Counted from the stretch's first letter, positions 50,203-62,405 are shown. The stretch is 64,000 bases of DNA from an uncultured delta proteobacterium (GCA_963814585.1 CAWFDF010000012.1:244467-308466); one strand, 5' to 3'. The notes: generated by a model not told the origin, from the letters alone. Numbers and translations are program-made.

Positions 50203-51189
50203 CTAGATGTTCTGGGACAGGATCAGGTGGACGTACTGCGCCCGCTCGAACGCTCCCGGATCGCTGATCTGCTTCTGGGAGAGGGTCCCCCGGAACTCGT
50301 CGATGCTGGAGTGGCCGCGCCGCTCCATCCACTCCTCGATCCCCTGCCGGACCTTGCCGAGGTGCGCCACCCCGTTGCGCGACAGGGCGGAGGCGAGCTG
50401 CACCACGGTGGCCCCTGCCAGCAGCTGCTTGATCGCGCCGGCCGAGTCGTGGACCCCGGTCGAGGCGGCCAGGTCGAGCTGGACGCGGCCATGGAGCAGG
50501 CCGATCCAGCGCAGCGGGAGCAGCGCCTCGCTCGGCGTGGACAGGCTCATCACGCTGGCCGGGGCCATCCGCTCCAGCGAGATGTCGGGCTGGAGGAAGC
50601 GGTTGAAGAGCACCACGCCGGCGACGCCGGTCTGCTGGAGCTGGGCCACCACGTTGGCGAGCGAGGTGAAGTAGGGTGAGAGCTTCACCGCCACCGGGAT
50701 CTTCACGGCCGCCTTGATGCCCGCCACCGCCTCGACGTAGCGCCGCTCCACCTCGGCCCCGGGCAGCGACGGGTCGGCCTCCACCGCGTAGACGTTCACC
50801 TCCAGCGCATCGGCGCCGGCGTCCGCGATCTGCCGGGCGTAGCCGGTCCAGCTCCCCGGCGAGCAGCAGTTGAGGCTGGCGATGACCGGGATGTGGAGCG
50901 CCTTCTTGGCCCGCTGCACCAGCGAGAGGTACTCGTGCGGCCCGACCCGCTGCGGCGGGAAGTAGGTGCGGGCCTCGGGGTTGGACTCGGAGAACTTCGC
51001 GGCCGCCTCCTCCAGCTCGGTGCTGGCCGCCTCGATCTGCTCCTCGAAGAGCGAGCGGAGCACCACGGCGCCGGCCCCGTGCCCCTCGGCCGCCTCGAGG
51101 TTCTCGAGCCGGTTGGAGATCGCGGAGGAAGCGAGGACCAGCGGGCTCGGCAGCTGGAGCCCCAGGTACTCGGTGGTCAGGTCGGCCAT
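50203..51189 (-). CDS. dihydroorotate dehydrogenase-like (class 1 DHOD-fold, TIM-barrel flavoprotein) protein
   Basis: 328 aa: [22 protein letters not shown]...VLRSLFEEQ...IPVIASLN...PVAVKLSPY...GVVLFNRF. This is the pattern of the DHOD-like paralogue rather than canonical PyrD. Confidence 0.8.
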   Translation of the reverse strand: MADLTTEYLGLQLPSPLVLASSAISNRLENLEAAEGHGAGAVVLRSLFEEQIEAASTELEEAAAKFSESNPEARTYFPPQRVGPHEYLSLVQRAKKALHIPVIASLNCCSPGSWTGYARQIADAGADALEVNVYAVEADPSLPGAEVERRYVEAVAGIKAAVKIPVAVKLSPYFTSLANVVAQLQQTGVAGVVLFNRFLQPDISLERMAPASVMSLSTPSEALLPLRWIGLLHGRVQLDLAASTGVHDSAGAIKQLLAGATVVQLASALSRNGVAHLGKVRQGIEEWMERRGHSSIDEFRGTLSQKQISDPGAFERAQYVHLILSQNI

Positions 51190-51350
51190 GTGTTCCCCTC
51201 TCGAAGGTGGAAGCTGCGGTCAGCGAGGACAGGCTACAGGAAGGCGAAGCGCGCGGAGCGTCCTCGACGGGTATAGGGCCTCCGCTCGCGGTTCGCCACG
51301 CCCATCGACCCGCCGTCACCCTGCCGCGGCGAGAGGTGCGGCTCCCCGAA

Positions 51351-51367
51351 CCAGGCCTCATGCCTGG
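51351..51367 (-). terminator. hairpin just downstream of the usp gene
   Basis: CCAGGC-loop-GCCTGG (6-bp stem, 5-nt loop), flanked by additional C/G pairing. It lies 16 nt past the usp stop. No U-tract. Confidence 0.25.
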
Positions 51368-51382
51368 GGCGGGGCACCAGCG

Positions 51383-51835
51383 TCAGGCCTCGGGCCGGAC
51401 GGTCAGCACCGGGCAGGTGGAGCGGCGAACCACCCGCTCGGCCACCGATCCCATCAGCGCGTGCTGGATCCCGGTCCGGCCGTGGGTGCCGAGGACCACC
51501 AGGTCGGTGTGCTGCTCCTTGGCGAAGGCCAGGATCTCGTGGGCCGGCTCGCCGACGGCGGTGGCGGTCTCGACGTGGGCGATGCCCATGCCCTCGGCGA
51601 TCCCCTTCCACTCCAGCAGGTGGCGACTGGCCTGCTCCGAGAGCTCGTCGAGCATCTTGCTCGACGCGACGAACGAGCCATCGGGGAAGGTGTAGCCGGG
51701 CACCGGGTAGGCGTGGAAGAGCGCCACCTTGGCGCCGTAGCGCCTGGACAGCTCGGCGGCCACCTCCAGCGCCGCGCGCGAGGCGTCGGAGAAGTCGATG
51801 GGGCAGAGGATCCGCTTCCAGTCGGCGCTCGGCAT
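51383..51835 (-). CDS. universal stress protein (UspA family)
   Basis: 150 aa: WKRILCPIDFSDASRAALEVA...DLVVLGTHGRTGIQHALMGSVAERVVRRSTCPVLTV. GGGAGGGAAG RBS before the ATG at 51835. Confidence 0.9.
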   Translation of the reverse strand: MPSADWKRILCPIDFSDASRAALEVAAELSRRYGAKVALFHAYPVPGYTFPDGSFVASSKMLDELSEQASRHLLEWKGIAEGMGIAHVETATAVGEPAHEILAFAKEQHTDLVVLGTHGRTGIQHALMGSVAERVVRRSTCPVLTVRPEA

Positions 51836-52021
51836 GCTTCCCTCCCGGGGACCTGGGGTTCGCTGGCGAGCCGATCCTACGCCGGTTGGGGGATTTTCGG
51901 CGCGCCCCTGACCGGGGCCGTCCGCCGGGGGAGACCGGAACGCACGGGATCCCGTCACGCGGGGGTGGAAGATCCCCTCACCGTCTCGCCGGGCCACGCC
52001 ACCGGCGAGGCGCTGGGCGGC

Positions 52022-53233
52022 TCACGGGTCGTCCCTCCGGTCGACCCGCCGACCGTCGGTCCCGGCCTGGCCCGGCGCCCGTCGCACGTCGGTCACGAAG
52101 GAGCCGACGGCGTCGATGGCCTGGTCGAGGAAGGCCTCGAAGCGCCCCAGCTCGTCGTCGGAGCGTGGCGGGACGTCCAGCGCCTTCCAGTCGCCCCTGG
52201 CCATGCGCTCCGGCAGCTCCTCGAGCGTCCTGGTCATTCGCGCCACCGGCTCGAAGACCAGCGTCTCCAGCATGAAGGCCACCAGCGCCGCCAGCGCCGC
52301 CGCCAGCAGCACCACCAGCACCACCACCTGGAGCCGCAGCTCGTCCACGCCGGCCAGGAGCGCCGTGATCTCGTGCCGCTCCACGACCGCGCCGATCACC
52401 CTGCCCTCGCCGTCGCGCAGCGGGAAGATCCCTCGCACCCAGGTGCGGTCACCGCGCGCCTCGCGCCCCAGCAGCGCCGGCTGGATCGGCACCTGGGCCA
52501 TCCGGTCCAGCCCGCCCAGCAGCGACCCGTCGCCGCCGCTGCGGCCCACCTCGAGGAGCTCGGACCGCTCCTCCCAGCGCTCGGGGCGGACGCTGACCCG
52601 CTGCCAGCTGCCCCGGTCGAGCTGCCCCTTGTCGAGCAGCATGCCGTATTCGTCCCCGGTGAGCCGGGCCAGGCGGATCAGGAAGGAGTCGATGTCGGTC
52701 CCCAGCTCGACGTAGCCGAGCCGCCTTCCCTTCGACACCCAGGGCCGGACCACCCGCACCGCGTAGCTGGTTCGCCCCAGCTCCACCCCACGGGCCTCCG
52801 CCCCGCTGGCCACCGCCCGCCGCAGGGAGGGCCGCCTCACCACGTCGCCGCGGAGCTCGGGCTGGTGGACCCGCAGCAGGACGCCGGCGCCCGGATCGAC
52901 CGGGTGGAAGTACCAGTGGGTCACCCCATGGGCCTCGCGGAGCCGGCGGAGCAGTGGCCCGGCGTCGGCCAGCAGCGCCGCCCGGTCCTTCCTGGCGAAG
53001 GCCTCGTTCAGCGAGTCGTCCTGCTCGAGGACGTCGAGCAGGGCCGAGAGGCGATCCTCCTCGGCCGCCTCGATGCTGGCCAGCGCCGCGGCCGCCTGCT
53101 GCACCTCGTGGAGGGCGGCCTGGTCGACGCTGCGCTGGTGGACGAAGCGCAGCAGCACCGCGGTGGCCACGGCGATGAGCGCCAGGCCGGCCACCAGGGG
53201 GGCGATGAGCTTGGCGCGGATCGAGCGAATCAC
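52022..53233 (-). CDS. membrane sensor-like protein: periplasmic Cache/PDC-like domain plus HAMP, with no output domain
   Basis: 403 aa with two TMs (res ~10-30 and ~295-315) bracketing a ~265-aa periplasmic domain. A HAMP-like segment follows (FEPVARMTRTLEELPERMARGDWKALDVPPRSDDELGRFEAFLDQA). The protein ends about 35 aa later. Confidence 0.65.
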   Translation of the reverse strand: MIRSIRAKLIAPLVAGLALIAVATAVLLRFVHQRSVDQAALHEVQQAAAALASIEAAEEDRLSALLDVLEQDDSLNEAFARKDRAALLADAGPLLRRLREAHGVTHWYFHPVDPGAGVLLRVHQPELRGDVVRRPSLRRAVASGAEARGVELGRTSYAVRVVRPWVSKGRRLGYVELGTDIDSFLIRLARLTGDEYGMLLDKGQLDRGSWQRVSVRPERWEERSELLEVGRSGGDGSLLGGLDRMAQVPIQPALLGREARGDRTWVRGIFPLRDGEGRVIGAVVERHEITALLAGVDELRLQVVVLVVLLAAALAALVAFMLETLVFEPVARMTRTLEELPERMARGDWKALDVPPRSDDELGRFEAFLDQAIDAVGSFVTDVRRAPGQAGTDGRRVDRRDDP

Positions 53234-53248
53234 GCCCGGGGCCCTCGG

Positions 53249-53767
53249 TCAGTATCGGAGCAGCGCGTGGACGTTGGCGGCGCCCAGCCGGGAGGAACCG
53301 CCCAGGAAGCCCAGCTCGACCACGAAGGCGTAGCCGACCAGCTCGGCCTGCTGCCGCTCCACGAGGCGTCCGGCCGCCTCGGCGGTGCCCCCGGTGGCCA
53401 GCACGTCGTCCACCACCAGGACCCGCTCCCCGGGCTGGAAGGCGTCGTCGTGGAGCTCCAGCACCGCCTCCCCATACTCGAGCGCGTAGGCCTCGCGGAT
53501 GGTCTTCCACGGCAGCTTGCCCGGCTTGCGGACGATGGTCAGCCCGGTCCCGAGCACGTAAGCCAGCGGCGCGGCGAAGACGAAGCCCCGCGACTCGATG
53601 CCGACGATCTTGTGGACCCGCTCGCCGCGCCAGCGCTGGGCCAGCGCGTCGATGACCTGCCGGAAGAGGCGCGGGTCGGAGAGGATGGGGGTGATGTCCT
53701 TGAAGACCACCCCGGGCCGGGGGAAGTCGGGGACGTCGCGGATGGCGGCGCGAACGGCGTCGAGCAT
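53249..53767 (-). CDS. apt: adenine phosphoribosyltransferase
   Basis: 172 aa: [21 protein letters not shown]...[16 protein letters not shown]...[17 protein letters not shown] (PRPP-binding motif). Confidence 0.95.
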   Translation of the reverse strand: MLDAVRAAIRDVPDFPRPGVVFKDITPILSDPRLFRQVIDALAQRWRGERVHKIVGIESRGFVFAAPLAYVLGTGLTIVRKPGKLPWKTIREAYALEYGEAVLELHDDAFQPGERVLVVDDVLATGGTAEAAGRLVERQQAELVGYAFVVELGFLGGSSRLGAANVHALLRY

Positions 53768-53789
53768 GACGTGATCCTTTAGCACGGGC

Positions 53790-54575
53790 TCACGGCAGGA
53801 AGAGCAGCGGGTTGCGCGGCCGGGTCCCTTCACGCACCTCGAAGTGGAGGTGGGGGCCGCTGCTGCGGCCGGTCTGGCCGACCCTGGCGATCGCCTGCCC
53901 GGCCTTGACGACGTCTCCGTCCTCCACCAGCAGCTTGCTGCAGTGGGCGTAGAGCGTCACCAGCCCGCCCTCGTGGCGCAGGATGACGATGGAGCCGTAC
54001 CCTGCCTGCTCGCCAGCGTAGATGACCTTGCCCGGGGCCGCGGCGCCGATCACCGATCCCTCCGGCGCCGAGACGTCGATGCCGTCGTGGCGCCGGCCCG
54101 AGCGCACGCCGTAGCGGCCGTAGAGCACCCCCTTGAGCGGCCAGGCCAGCCTGGCCCTCCCCGCCGGGGCCACCCACTCCGGCTCGCCGCCCGGCGGCGG
54201 GCGGCCGCTGGAGGCACGCCCCTCGGCACCGGCCGCCTCCCCGGCCGGCGCCTCGAGGTCGATGACGCGGCTCGCCCCCGGCACGAACAGCTCCGAACCC
54301 ACCGCCACCTGCCTCGGGTCGACGATGCCGTTCTCCTCCAGCAGGTCGGCGGGCGCCACGCCGTAGGCGCGAGCGATCCGGTAGACGGTCTCGCCCCTCT
54401 TCACCACGTGGACCACGCCCACCACCTCGGGCTCCTCGTGGTACTCGCTCGGACCGAACGGGATGGGGAGCGGGCGGGCGGGGCCGCCCTGGGCGGCGGC
54501 GGGACGAGCCCGCTGCTGCGACGCGCAGGCGGCCAGGAGCAGCGTGGCGGCGGCGAGCGCCGCCCGGCGGCTCAC
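53790..54575 (-). CDS. LysM-domain M23 metallopeptidase lipoprotein (NlpD-like)
   Basis: Lipobox LLLAAC. LysM ([28 protein letters not shown]). M23 motifs (HDGIDVSAP...[10 protein letters not shown]...[12 protein letters not shown]). Confidence 0.9.
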   Translation of the reverse strand: MSRRAALAAATLLLAACASQQRARPAAAQGGPARPLPIPFGPSEYHEEPEVVGVVHVVKRGETVYRIARAYGVAPADLLEENGIVDPRQVAVGSELFVPGASRVIDLEAPAGEAAGAEGRASSGRPPPGGEPEWVAPAGRARLAWPLKGVLYGRYGVRSGRRHDGIDVSAPEGSVIGAAAPGKVIYAGEQAGYGSIVILRHEGGLVTLYAHCSKLLVEDGDVVKAGQAIARVGQTGRSSGPHLHFEVREGTRPRNPLLFLP

Positions 54576-55336
54576 GGAGGGGACTCCCGGGGCCAGGTGG
54601 GGAGCCGCAGGGCCTCGAGCGCGTCGAGGGCCCCGCCGTCGGTGGCGTCGAGCTGCAGCGGGGTCACCGAGGCCAGCCCCTCCTCCATCACGGCGTTGCA
54701 GTCGGATCCCGGGATGTCGTGGTTGACCGCCCCGCCCTCGCCGCCGATCCAGTAGTAGCGGCGGCCGCGTGGGTCCACCTTGGTCACCACCTCGTTGCCG
54801 TAGGTCCGCTTGCCCAGCCTGGCCAGGCGCCAGCCCCGCACCAGGCCGGCCGGGACGTTGACGTTGAGGAGCACCGGGCGCGACGGGCGGGAGCCCACCA
54901 GCGCTCGCGCCAGCTCGGCGGCCAGCCGCGCCGCCTGCTCGAAGTGGTGGGGCGGCGGCGCCGCCAGCGAGACGGCGATGGCCGGCACGCCCAGCAGCGC
55001 CCCCTCCATCGCCGCGGCCACGGTCCCGGAGTAGTGGACGTCGTTGCCGAGGTTGGGGCCGTGGTTCACGCCGGAGACCACCACGTCCGGCCAGCGATCC
55101 TTGAGGAGCAGGTTCATGCCGACGTAGACGGCGTCGGTCGGGGTGCCGTCGACCGCGTACCAGCGCGGCGCCAGCTCGTGGAGCCGGAGCGGGCGGTGCA
55201 GCGAGATGGCGTGCGACGACGCCGACTGCTCCCGGTCCGGCGCGCAGACCCAGACCTCGTCCCCCTCGAAGGCGGCCGCCAGCGAGTGAAGCCCGGCCGC
55301 GTGGACGCCGTCGTCGTTGGAGAGGAGCACCCGCAC
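54572..55336 (-). CDS. surE: 5'/3'-nucleotidase SurE
   Basis: VRVLLSNDDGVHAAGL...VCAPDREQSASSHAISL...SGVNHGPNLGNDVHYSGTVAAAMEG. GTG start at 55336. It overlaps the nlpD-like start by 4 nt. Confidence 0.93.
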   Translation of the reverse strand: MRVLLSNDDGVHAAGLHSLAAAFEGDEVWVCAPDREQSASSHAISLHRPLRLHELAPRWYAVDGTPTDAVYVGMNLLLKDRWPDVVVSGVNHGPNLGNDVHYSGTVAAAMEGALLGVPAIAVSLAAPPPHHFEQAARLAAELARALVGSRPSRPVLLNVNVPAGLVRGWRLARLGKRTYGNEVVTKVDPRGRRYYWIGGEGGAVNHDIPGSDCNAVMEEGLASVTPLQLDATDGGALDALEALRLPTWPRESPP

Positions 55337-55416
55337 CGGCGGGGAATGTACCAGCGGGGTCCGGGGGTGGGAAGCCGGCGCACCGTGGCCGCGCGGCGGA
55401 TCGGCGGGGGAGCGAC

Positions 55417-56337
55417 CTATGGCGTCGGGTTCCGATCCAGCCCCTGGTCCTGGAACGAGACCGGGTCCTCGATGGCCTCGAGGTGCGTGAAGACGCTGGC
55501 GTTGGGGATGACGGCGCGCACCTCCGACTCGATCCGCTCGGCCAGCTCGTGGCCCCTCCGGACCGTCCACCCGCCGGGGACGAGCACGTGCATGGAGATG
55601 AACCGGCGGGCCGCGGCCTGGCGCGTGCGCACGGCGTGGAACTGGAGCTCCGGCCCCTCGTGGCGCGAAAGCACCTCGCGGAGCGCCGCCTGCTCCCGGG
55701 GGGCCAGGGCGGTGTCGAGCAGCCCGGCCGCCGAGCGGCGCAGCAGGTGGACGCCGGTCCAGACGATCTGGGCCGCCACCACCAGCGCGATGATGGGGTC
55801 GAGGATGATCCAGCCGGTGAAGGCGACCAGGCCGACGGCCGCCAGCACGCCGGCCGTGGTCCAGACGTCGGTCATCAGGTGCCGGGCGTCGGCCTCCAGC
55901 GCGATGGAGTGGTGGCGCTTGCCGGCGCGCAGCAGGACCCGGGCCACCCCGAAGTTGACCGCCGAGGCGCCCGTCGAGACCAGCACGCCCCAGCCGACCT
56001 GCGCCAGCGGGCGCGGCGCCAGCAGCCGATCGACGGCGGTCCAGGCGATGCCGCCGGCGGCCAGCAGGATGAGCGCCCCCTCGGCGCCGCTGGCGAAGTA
56101 CTCGGCCTTCTCGTGGCCGTAGGCGTGGTCCTCGTCGGGCGGCCGCGCCGCCACGATGAGCATGAACAGCGTGATGACGGCCGCCACCAGGTTGACCAGC
56201 GACTCGAGCGCGTCCGAGAGGAGGCCCACCGACCCGGTCAGCCGCCAGGCCACCGTCTTCATGCCGATGGTCACCACGGCCGCGGCGATGGAGAGGAGGG
56301 CGAAGCGGCGAAGGTCGCCGTTGGGGGCGCTGGTCAT
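55417..56337 (-). CDS. cation diffusion facilitator (CDF) family metal efflux transporter
   Basis: 306 aa with 6 TMs. [11 protein letters not shown] and [12 protein letters not shown] motifs. C-terminal cytoplasmic domain. Confidence 0.9.
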   Translation of the reverse strand: MTSAPNGDLRRFALLSIAAAVVTIGMKTVAWRLTGSVGLLSDALESLVNLVAAVITLFMLIVAARPPDEDHAYGHEKAEYFASGAEGALILLAAGGIAWTAVDRLLAPRPLAQVGWGVLVSTGASAVNFGVARVLLRAGKRHHSIALEADARHLMTDVWTTAGVLAAVGLVAFTGWIILDPIIALVVAAQIVWTGVHLLRRSAAGLLDTALAPREQAALREVLSRHEGPELQFHAVRTRQAAARRFISMHVLVPGGWTVRRGHELAERIESEVRAVIPNASVFTHLEAIEDPVSFQDQGLDRNPTP

Positions 56338-56351
56338 TGACTCACTCTACG

Positions 56352-57242
56352 TCACACGGGGAGGCGGCGGAGCGCCTCCCGCCCCACCCAGTCGCAGGCG
56401 AACTGCCAGGCGATCCGGCCGCTCCGGTCCCCCTTCCGCTGCGACCAGAGGATGGCCTCGGCCTCGGCGTCGGCGGTCCACGCCGTGGCCACCCCGGCCC
56501 GCGCGGCCAGGCGCGTGACCCACTGCCGCACCACCTCAACGTACCGGTCCTGGCTGAAGGGGTGGAACGGGACCCAGAGGCCGAAGCGCCCGGAGAGCGA
56601 GATCTTCTCCTCGACCGCCTCGCCGTGGTGCACCTCCCCCTCCACCATCATGGCGCCGCGGTTGTCGCTCTCGAACTCGCTGACCAGGTGGCGCCGGTTG
56701 GAGGTGACGTAGATGAGGACGTTGTCCGGCAGCGCGTAGACCGAGCCGTCGAGGGCGCTCTTCAGCACCTTGTAGCTGGGGTCGCCGGTCTCGAAGGAGA
56801 GGTCGTCGGAGAAGATGAGGAAGCGCCAGGGCTGGGCCTTCACCGCCTCGACGATGGCCGGGAGGCTGACCAGGTCGTCCTTGTCCACCTGGATGATCCG
56901 CAGCCCCTGCGGCGCGTAGGTGTGGAGCAGGGCTCGCACCAGCGACGACTTGCCGGTGCCGCGCGTGCCCCAGAGCAGCGCGTTGTTGGCCGGCAGGCCG
57001 GCCAGGAACTGGCGGGTGTTGGCCTCGACGGTCTGCTTCTGGGCCTCGATGCCGAGCAGGTCGTCGAGGTGCACGGCCTCGATCTGCGGCACCGGCTCCA
57101 GCGTCCCGGAGAACGGGCTGCGGTGCCAGTTGGCGGCGTGGCAGGTGGCCCAGTCGATGGCCGGGACCGGCTTGGGGAGCAGCGGCTCCAGCGCGGCCAG
57201 CACCCGCTTCAGCTGCGCGGTCAGTTCGGGATCGAGGCTCAC
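56352..57242 (-). CDS. DUF815-family AAA ATPase
   Basis: 296 aa. Walker A is LLWGTRGTGKSSLV. Walker B is RFLIFSDDLSF. The overall pattern is typical of DUF815. Confidence 0.8.
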   Translation of the reverse strand: MSLDPELTAQLKRVLAALEPLLPKPVPAIDWATCHAANWHRSPFSGTLEPVPQIEAVHLDDLLGIEAQKQTVEANTRQFLAGLPANNALLWGTRGTGKSSLVRALLHTYAPQGLRIIQVDKDDLVSLPAIVEAVKAQPWRFLIFSDDLSFETGDPSYKVLKSALDGSVYALPDNVLIYVTSNRRHLVSEFESDNRGAMMVEGEVHHGEAVEEKISLSGRFGLWVPFHPFSQDRYVEVVRQWVTRLAARAGVATAWTADAEAEAILWSQRKGDRSGRIAWQFACDWVGREALRRLPV

Positions 57243-57284
57243 GTTCTCTCCGCGATGCGGGCCACCCGGCCCTCCAGAGAGGCC

Positions 57285-57312
57285 GGGGCAGGGACCGGCT
57301 GGCCCCTGCCCC
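57285..57312 (-). terminator. 9-bp GC hairpin downstream of sdhB
   Basis: GGGGCAGGG (57285-57293) is complementary to CCCTGCCCC (57304-57312). It lies 31-58 nt past the sdhB stop. No U-tract. Confidence 0.35.
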
Positions 57313-57342
57313 GCGGATCGTGCCGGCCGGGCCCTGCCGGCG

Positions 57343-58154
57343 CTAGTCGCCCGAGGCGGCCCTGGCGGTGGAGATGGCGCCGATCTTCTCCAGGAACAGG
57401 GCCTTGGTGAACTCGCGGTTCATGCGGGCGATGAACTTCACCTTGATGCCCTTGGGGCAGGCCCCCTCGCACTCGTAGTGGTTGCTGCAGTTGCCGAAGC
57501 CGAGGTCGGCCATGGCGTTGACCATGGCGGCGACGCGCTGGGGCGCCTCCACCTGGCCCTGCGGCAGCTCGGCCAGCTGCGACACCTTGGCGCCGGCGAA
57601 GAGCATGGCCGCGCCGTTGGGGCAGGCCGCCACGCAGGCGCCGCAGCCGATGCACTCGGCCGCGTCCATGGCGTAGTCGGCCTCGGGCTTGCCCACCAGG
57701 ATGGCGTTGCCGTCGGGCACGCCGCCGGTGTGGCAGGAGACGAAGCCGGCCGTCTGGATCAGCTTGTCCAGCGCGCCCCGGTCGACGATCAGGTCCCGCA
57801 GGATGGGGAAGGCCCGGGCCCGCCACGGCTCCAGGTAGATGGCGTCGCCGTCCTTGAACTTCCGCATGTGCAGCTGGCAGAGCGTGGTGCGCTCCTGCCC
57901 GCCGTGCGGGACGCCGTTGACCACCGCGGAGCACATCCCGCAGATGCCCTCCCGGCAGTCGTGGTCGAAGGCGATGGGGTCCTTCCCCGCCTTGATCAGG
58001 TCCTCGTTCACCACGTCCAGCATCTCCAGGAAGGAGTGGTGGGGCGTGATGCCCTTGGCGTCGTAGGTCTCGAACTGGCCCGGCTTGTCGGCCGCCGGCT
58101 GCCGCCAGACGATGAGCTTGAGGTTCATGGTCGCGTGCTCGGTGTGGGCGCTCA

Positions 58155-58155
<1 letters not shown>
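57343..58155 (-). CDS. sdhB: succinate dehydrogenase/fumarate reductase iron-sulfur subunit
   Basis: 270 aa. 2Fe-2S motif ([15 protein letters not shown]). 4Fe-4S and 3Fe-4S motifs ([24 protein letters not shown]). Confidence 0.95.
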
Positions 58156-60074
<1,919 letters not shown>

Positions 60075-60085
60075 GGTAGTTCCCC

Positions 60086-60757
60086 TTACTTGGCGATCAG
60101 GCCAAAGAGAATGGCGACGGGGATGGCCCCGTAGCCGAGGAGGAAGATCACGGAGAGCACGCCGCCGAACTTGACGAAGCCCGGCATGGTCTTGGGGTTG
60201 TTGAGGCCCAGCGACTGGAAGGTGCTCTGGATGCCGTGCGAGAGGTGGAAGTAGAGCATGAGCATGGCGACCACGTAGACCACCGCGGTGACCGCCTTGC
60301 CGAAGCCGGCGGCGACCATGGCGAAGACGTCGAAGCGGCCGAGGGCATCCTGCACCTGCACGATCTCCATGCCCGGGACCGAGCGGATCGTGAAGTGGAA
60401 CAGGTGGAAGACGATGAAGGCGCCCAGCAGCAGCCCGGTCCAGATCATGTTCTTGCTGGCGAAGGTGACCCGCAGCCGGCGGTCGACCGCGTAGCGGGTC
60501 GGGTTGGCGGCGCGGTTCTCCAGGGTGATCTGGATCGAGAGGACGAGGTGGAAGAGGACCGCCGCCAGCATCACCACCCGGGTGGCCCAGACCACCGCGG
60601 GCAGGCCGTGGAGCTTCTCGGCGTAGGTGTTGATGCCATTGGCCCCGGCGAAGATGCTCAGGTTGCCGAGCAGGTGGCCGACGACGAACAGGACCATCAG
60701 CAGGCCCGTGATCGCCATCACGACCTTTCTTCCGATGGAGTCCGAGAGCAGTCGCAT
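60086..60757 (-). CDS. sdhC: succinate:quinone oxidoreductase dihaem cytochrome b subunit (type B, 5-TM single anchor)
   Basis: 223 aa, five TMs with conserved His residues ([32 protein letters not shown]). First gene of the sdhCAB order. Confidence 0.88.
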   Translation of the reverse strand: MRLLSDSIGRKVVMAITGLLMVLFVVGHLLGNLSIFAGANGINTYAEKLHGLPAVVWATRVVMLAAVLFHLVLSIQITLENRAANPTRYAVDRRLRVTFASKNMIWTGLLLGAFIVFHLFHFTIRSVPGMEIVQVQDALGRFDVFAMVAAGFGKAVTAVVYVVAMLMLYFHLSHGIQSTFQSLGLNNPKTMPGFVKFGGVLSVIFLLGYGAIPVAILFGLIAK

Positions 60758-61016
60758 GAGGTGTGTCCCTTCTTCCTGGGTGGAGCGCCGGCGCGTCGGG
60801 CCGGCCTCCAGGCAAAGTGAACGGCGCGGGGGTTTCCCGGTTGAAGCGGGTGCGCATGGTACGGGATCTGGCAGCGGATGTGGTGATCCAGCGCAGTTCC
60901 AGGCGCCGTTTTTTTCGGGTCATCGCCCGCTCAGGTCTACAAAGGGCGCTGACCGCACCGCCACGCGCTGCGTCGATCGGCCACGCCGGGGGGAGCCGGC
61001 CAGGTTAGAACCGGCC

Positions 61017-62339
61017 ATGGACGCCCTGCTGCCCGTCACCGCGCTGGCCCTGGCCGGGTGGGTCGGCGTCGCCTGGCTCGCCTGGCGGTCGGACCGGTCC
61101 CTGCCCGACCTCGAGGACCAGCCGCCCGACCCCGCGCCGCCCCCGCTCTCGGTGGTGATGCCGTGCCGCGACGAGGCCCGCCACGTCGAGGCGTCCGTCC
61201 GCTCCCTGCTGGCGCAGGATCTCCCGGCGCTGGAGGTGGTGGCGGTCGACGACCGCTCCACCGACGCCACCGGCGCCATCCTCGACCGGCTGGCCGCCGC
61301 GGACCCACGCCTCTCCGTGATCCACGTGCCCGCCCTCCCGGCCGGCTGGCTCGGCAAGAACCACGCGCTCGAGGCCGGGGGTCGCCGGGCTCGCGGCGAG
61401 TGGCTCCTCTTCACCGATGGTGACGTGCTCTTCCGCCCCGGGGCGCTGCGTCGCGCCCTCGGGTACGCCCGCGCCCACGGCCTCGGCCACCTGGCGGCGG
61501 CCCCGCGCTTCATCGCCCCCGGCTTCCTGGAGCGGGCTTTCGTCACCGGCTTCGGCGCCTTCGCCTCGCTCGCCTTCCGCGTCCACCGGCTGCGCGTCCC
61601 GGGGAGCGGCGCCTTCGTCGGCATCGGCGCCTTCAACCTGGTGCGGCGCGCCGACTGGGAGCGGATTGGCGGGCACTCCCGCCTGCGGCTCGAGGTGGTC
61701 GACGACCTCAAGCTCGGGCTGGTGCTGCGCCGGAGCGGCGTGGCGCAGGGAGCGGTCTCGGGCGGCGCCCTGGTCGCGGTGCGCTGGCAGCACGGCTTCT
61801 GGCCCTCGGTGCTCGGCCTGGTCAAGAACGCCTTCGCCGGCACCGAGTACCGTCCCTGGCTGGCGCTGCTGGCGTCGCTCCTGCTCCTGCTGGCCGGGAC
61901 CGCGCCGCTGCTGCTGGCGCTCGCCGCCCTGGCGCTGGGGCAGGCGCCGGCGGCGGCGCTGGCCGGCGGGGCCCTGCTGGTCGGGGTGGCCATCCACGGG
62001 GGCGCGGCGCGGCGGCTGGCGGGTGGCAGCGGCCTGGAGGGGCTGGCGCTGCCGCTCTCCTCGGCGCTGCTGGCGGGCGTCCTGGTCGGCAGCACCGCGG
62101 CGGTGCTCTGGCGCGGCGGCGTGGTCTGGAGGGGGACGCGCTATCCCCTCGCCGAGCTTCGGCGCGGCTGCGTCCGCATGGGGGACTGGCCGCCGCAGGC
62201 GGCGGTCGGCTGGCCCGGCGACCCGGCCCGCCGCCGGGATCCACGCCGGCCTCCGCCGTCCCACCGCCCATCCGCCGGCGCCGCGCCCGGCGACGTCGCC
62301 TCCGCCGGAGCGGAGGGTCACCCGCCCGGGCCGACTTGA
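61017..62339 (+). CDS. family 2 glycosyltransferase, membrane-associated
   Basis: N-terminal TM. GT2 core (LSVVMPCRDEARHV...VVAVDDRSTD...LLFTDGDVLF). C-terminal TM helices. Low-complexity Pro/Arg tail. Confidence 0.8.
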   Translation: MDALLPVTALALAGWVGVAWLAWRSDRSLPDLEDQPPDPAPPPLSVVMPCRDEARHVEASVRSLLAQDLPALEVVAVDDRSTDATGAILDRLAAADPRLSVIHVPALPAGWLGKNHALEAGGRRARGEWLLFTDGDVLFRPGALRRALGYARAHGLGHLAAAPRFIAPGFLERAFVTGFGAFASLAFRVHRLRVPGSGAFVGIGAFNLVRRADWERIGGHSRLRLEVVDDLKLGLVLRRSGVAQGAVSGGALVAVRWQHGFWPSVLGLVKNAFAGTEYRPWLALLASLLLLLAGTAPLLLALAALALGQAPAAALAGGALLVGVAIHGGAARRLAGGSGLEGLALPLSSALLAGVLVGSTAAVLWRGGVVWRGTRYPLAELRRGCVRMGDWPPQAAVGWPGDPARRRDPRRPPPSHRPSAGAAPGDVASAGAEGHPPGPT

Positions 62340-62405
62340 ACGCTCGCCACCGGCCGGGACCGGTGCCAAGATCGGCGGGTCTCCTGGACGTGGAAGGACG
62401 GGTCG

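Noticed and set aside
50966-53782. 938-aa plus-strand ORF; likewise the 881-aa minus-strand ORF 61005..63650
   Set aside because: Both lie antisense to several well-supported genes: usp, the HAMP sensor and apt for the first, and GT2 and korA for the second. Both have off-frame composition.
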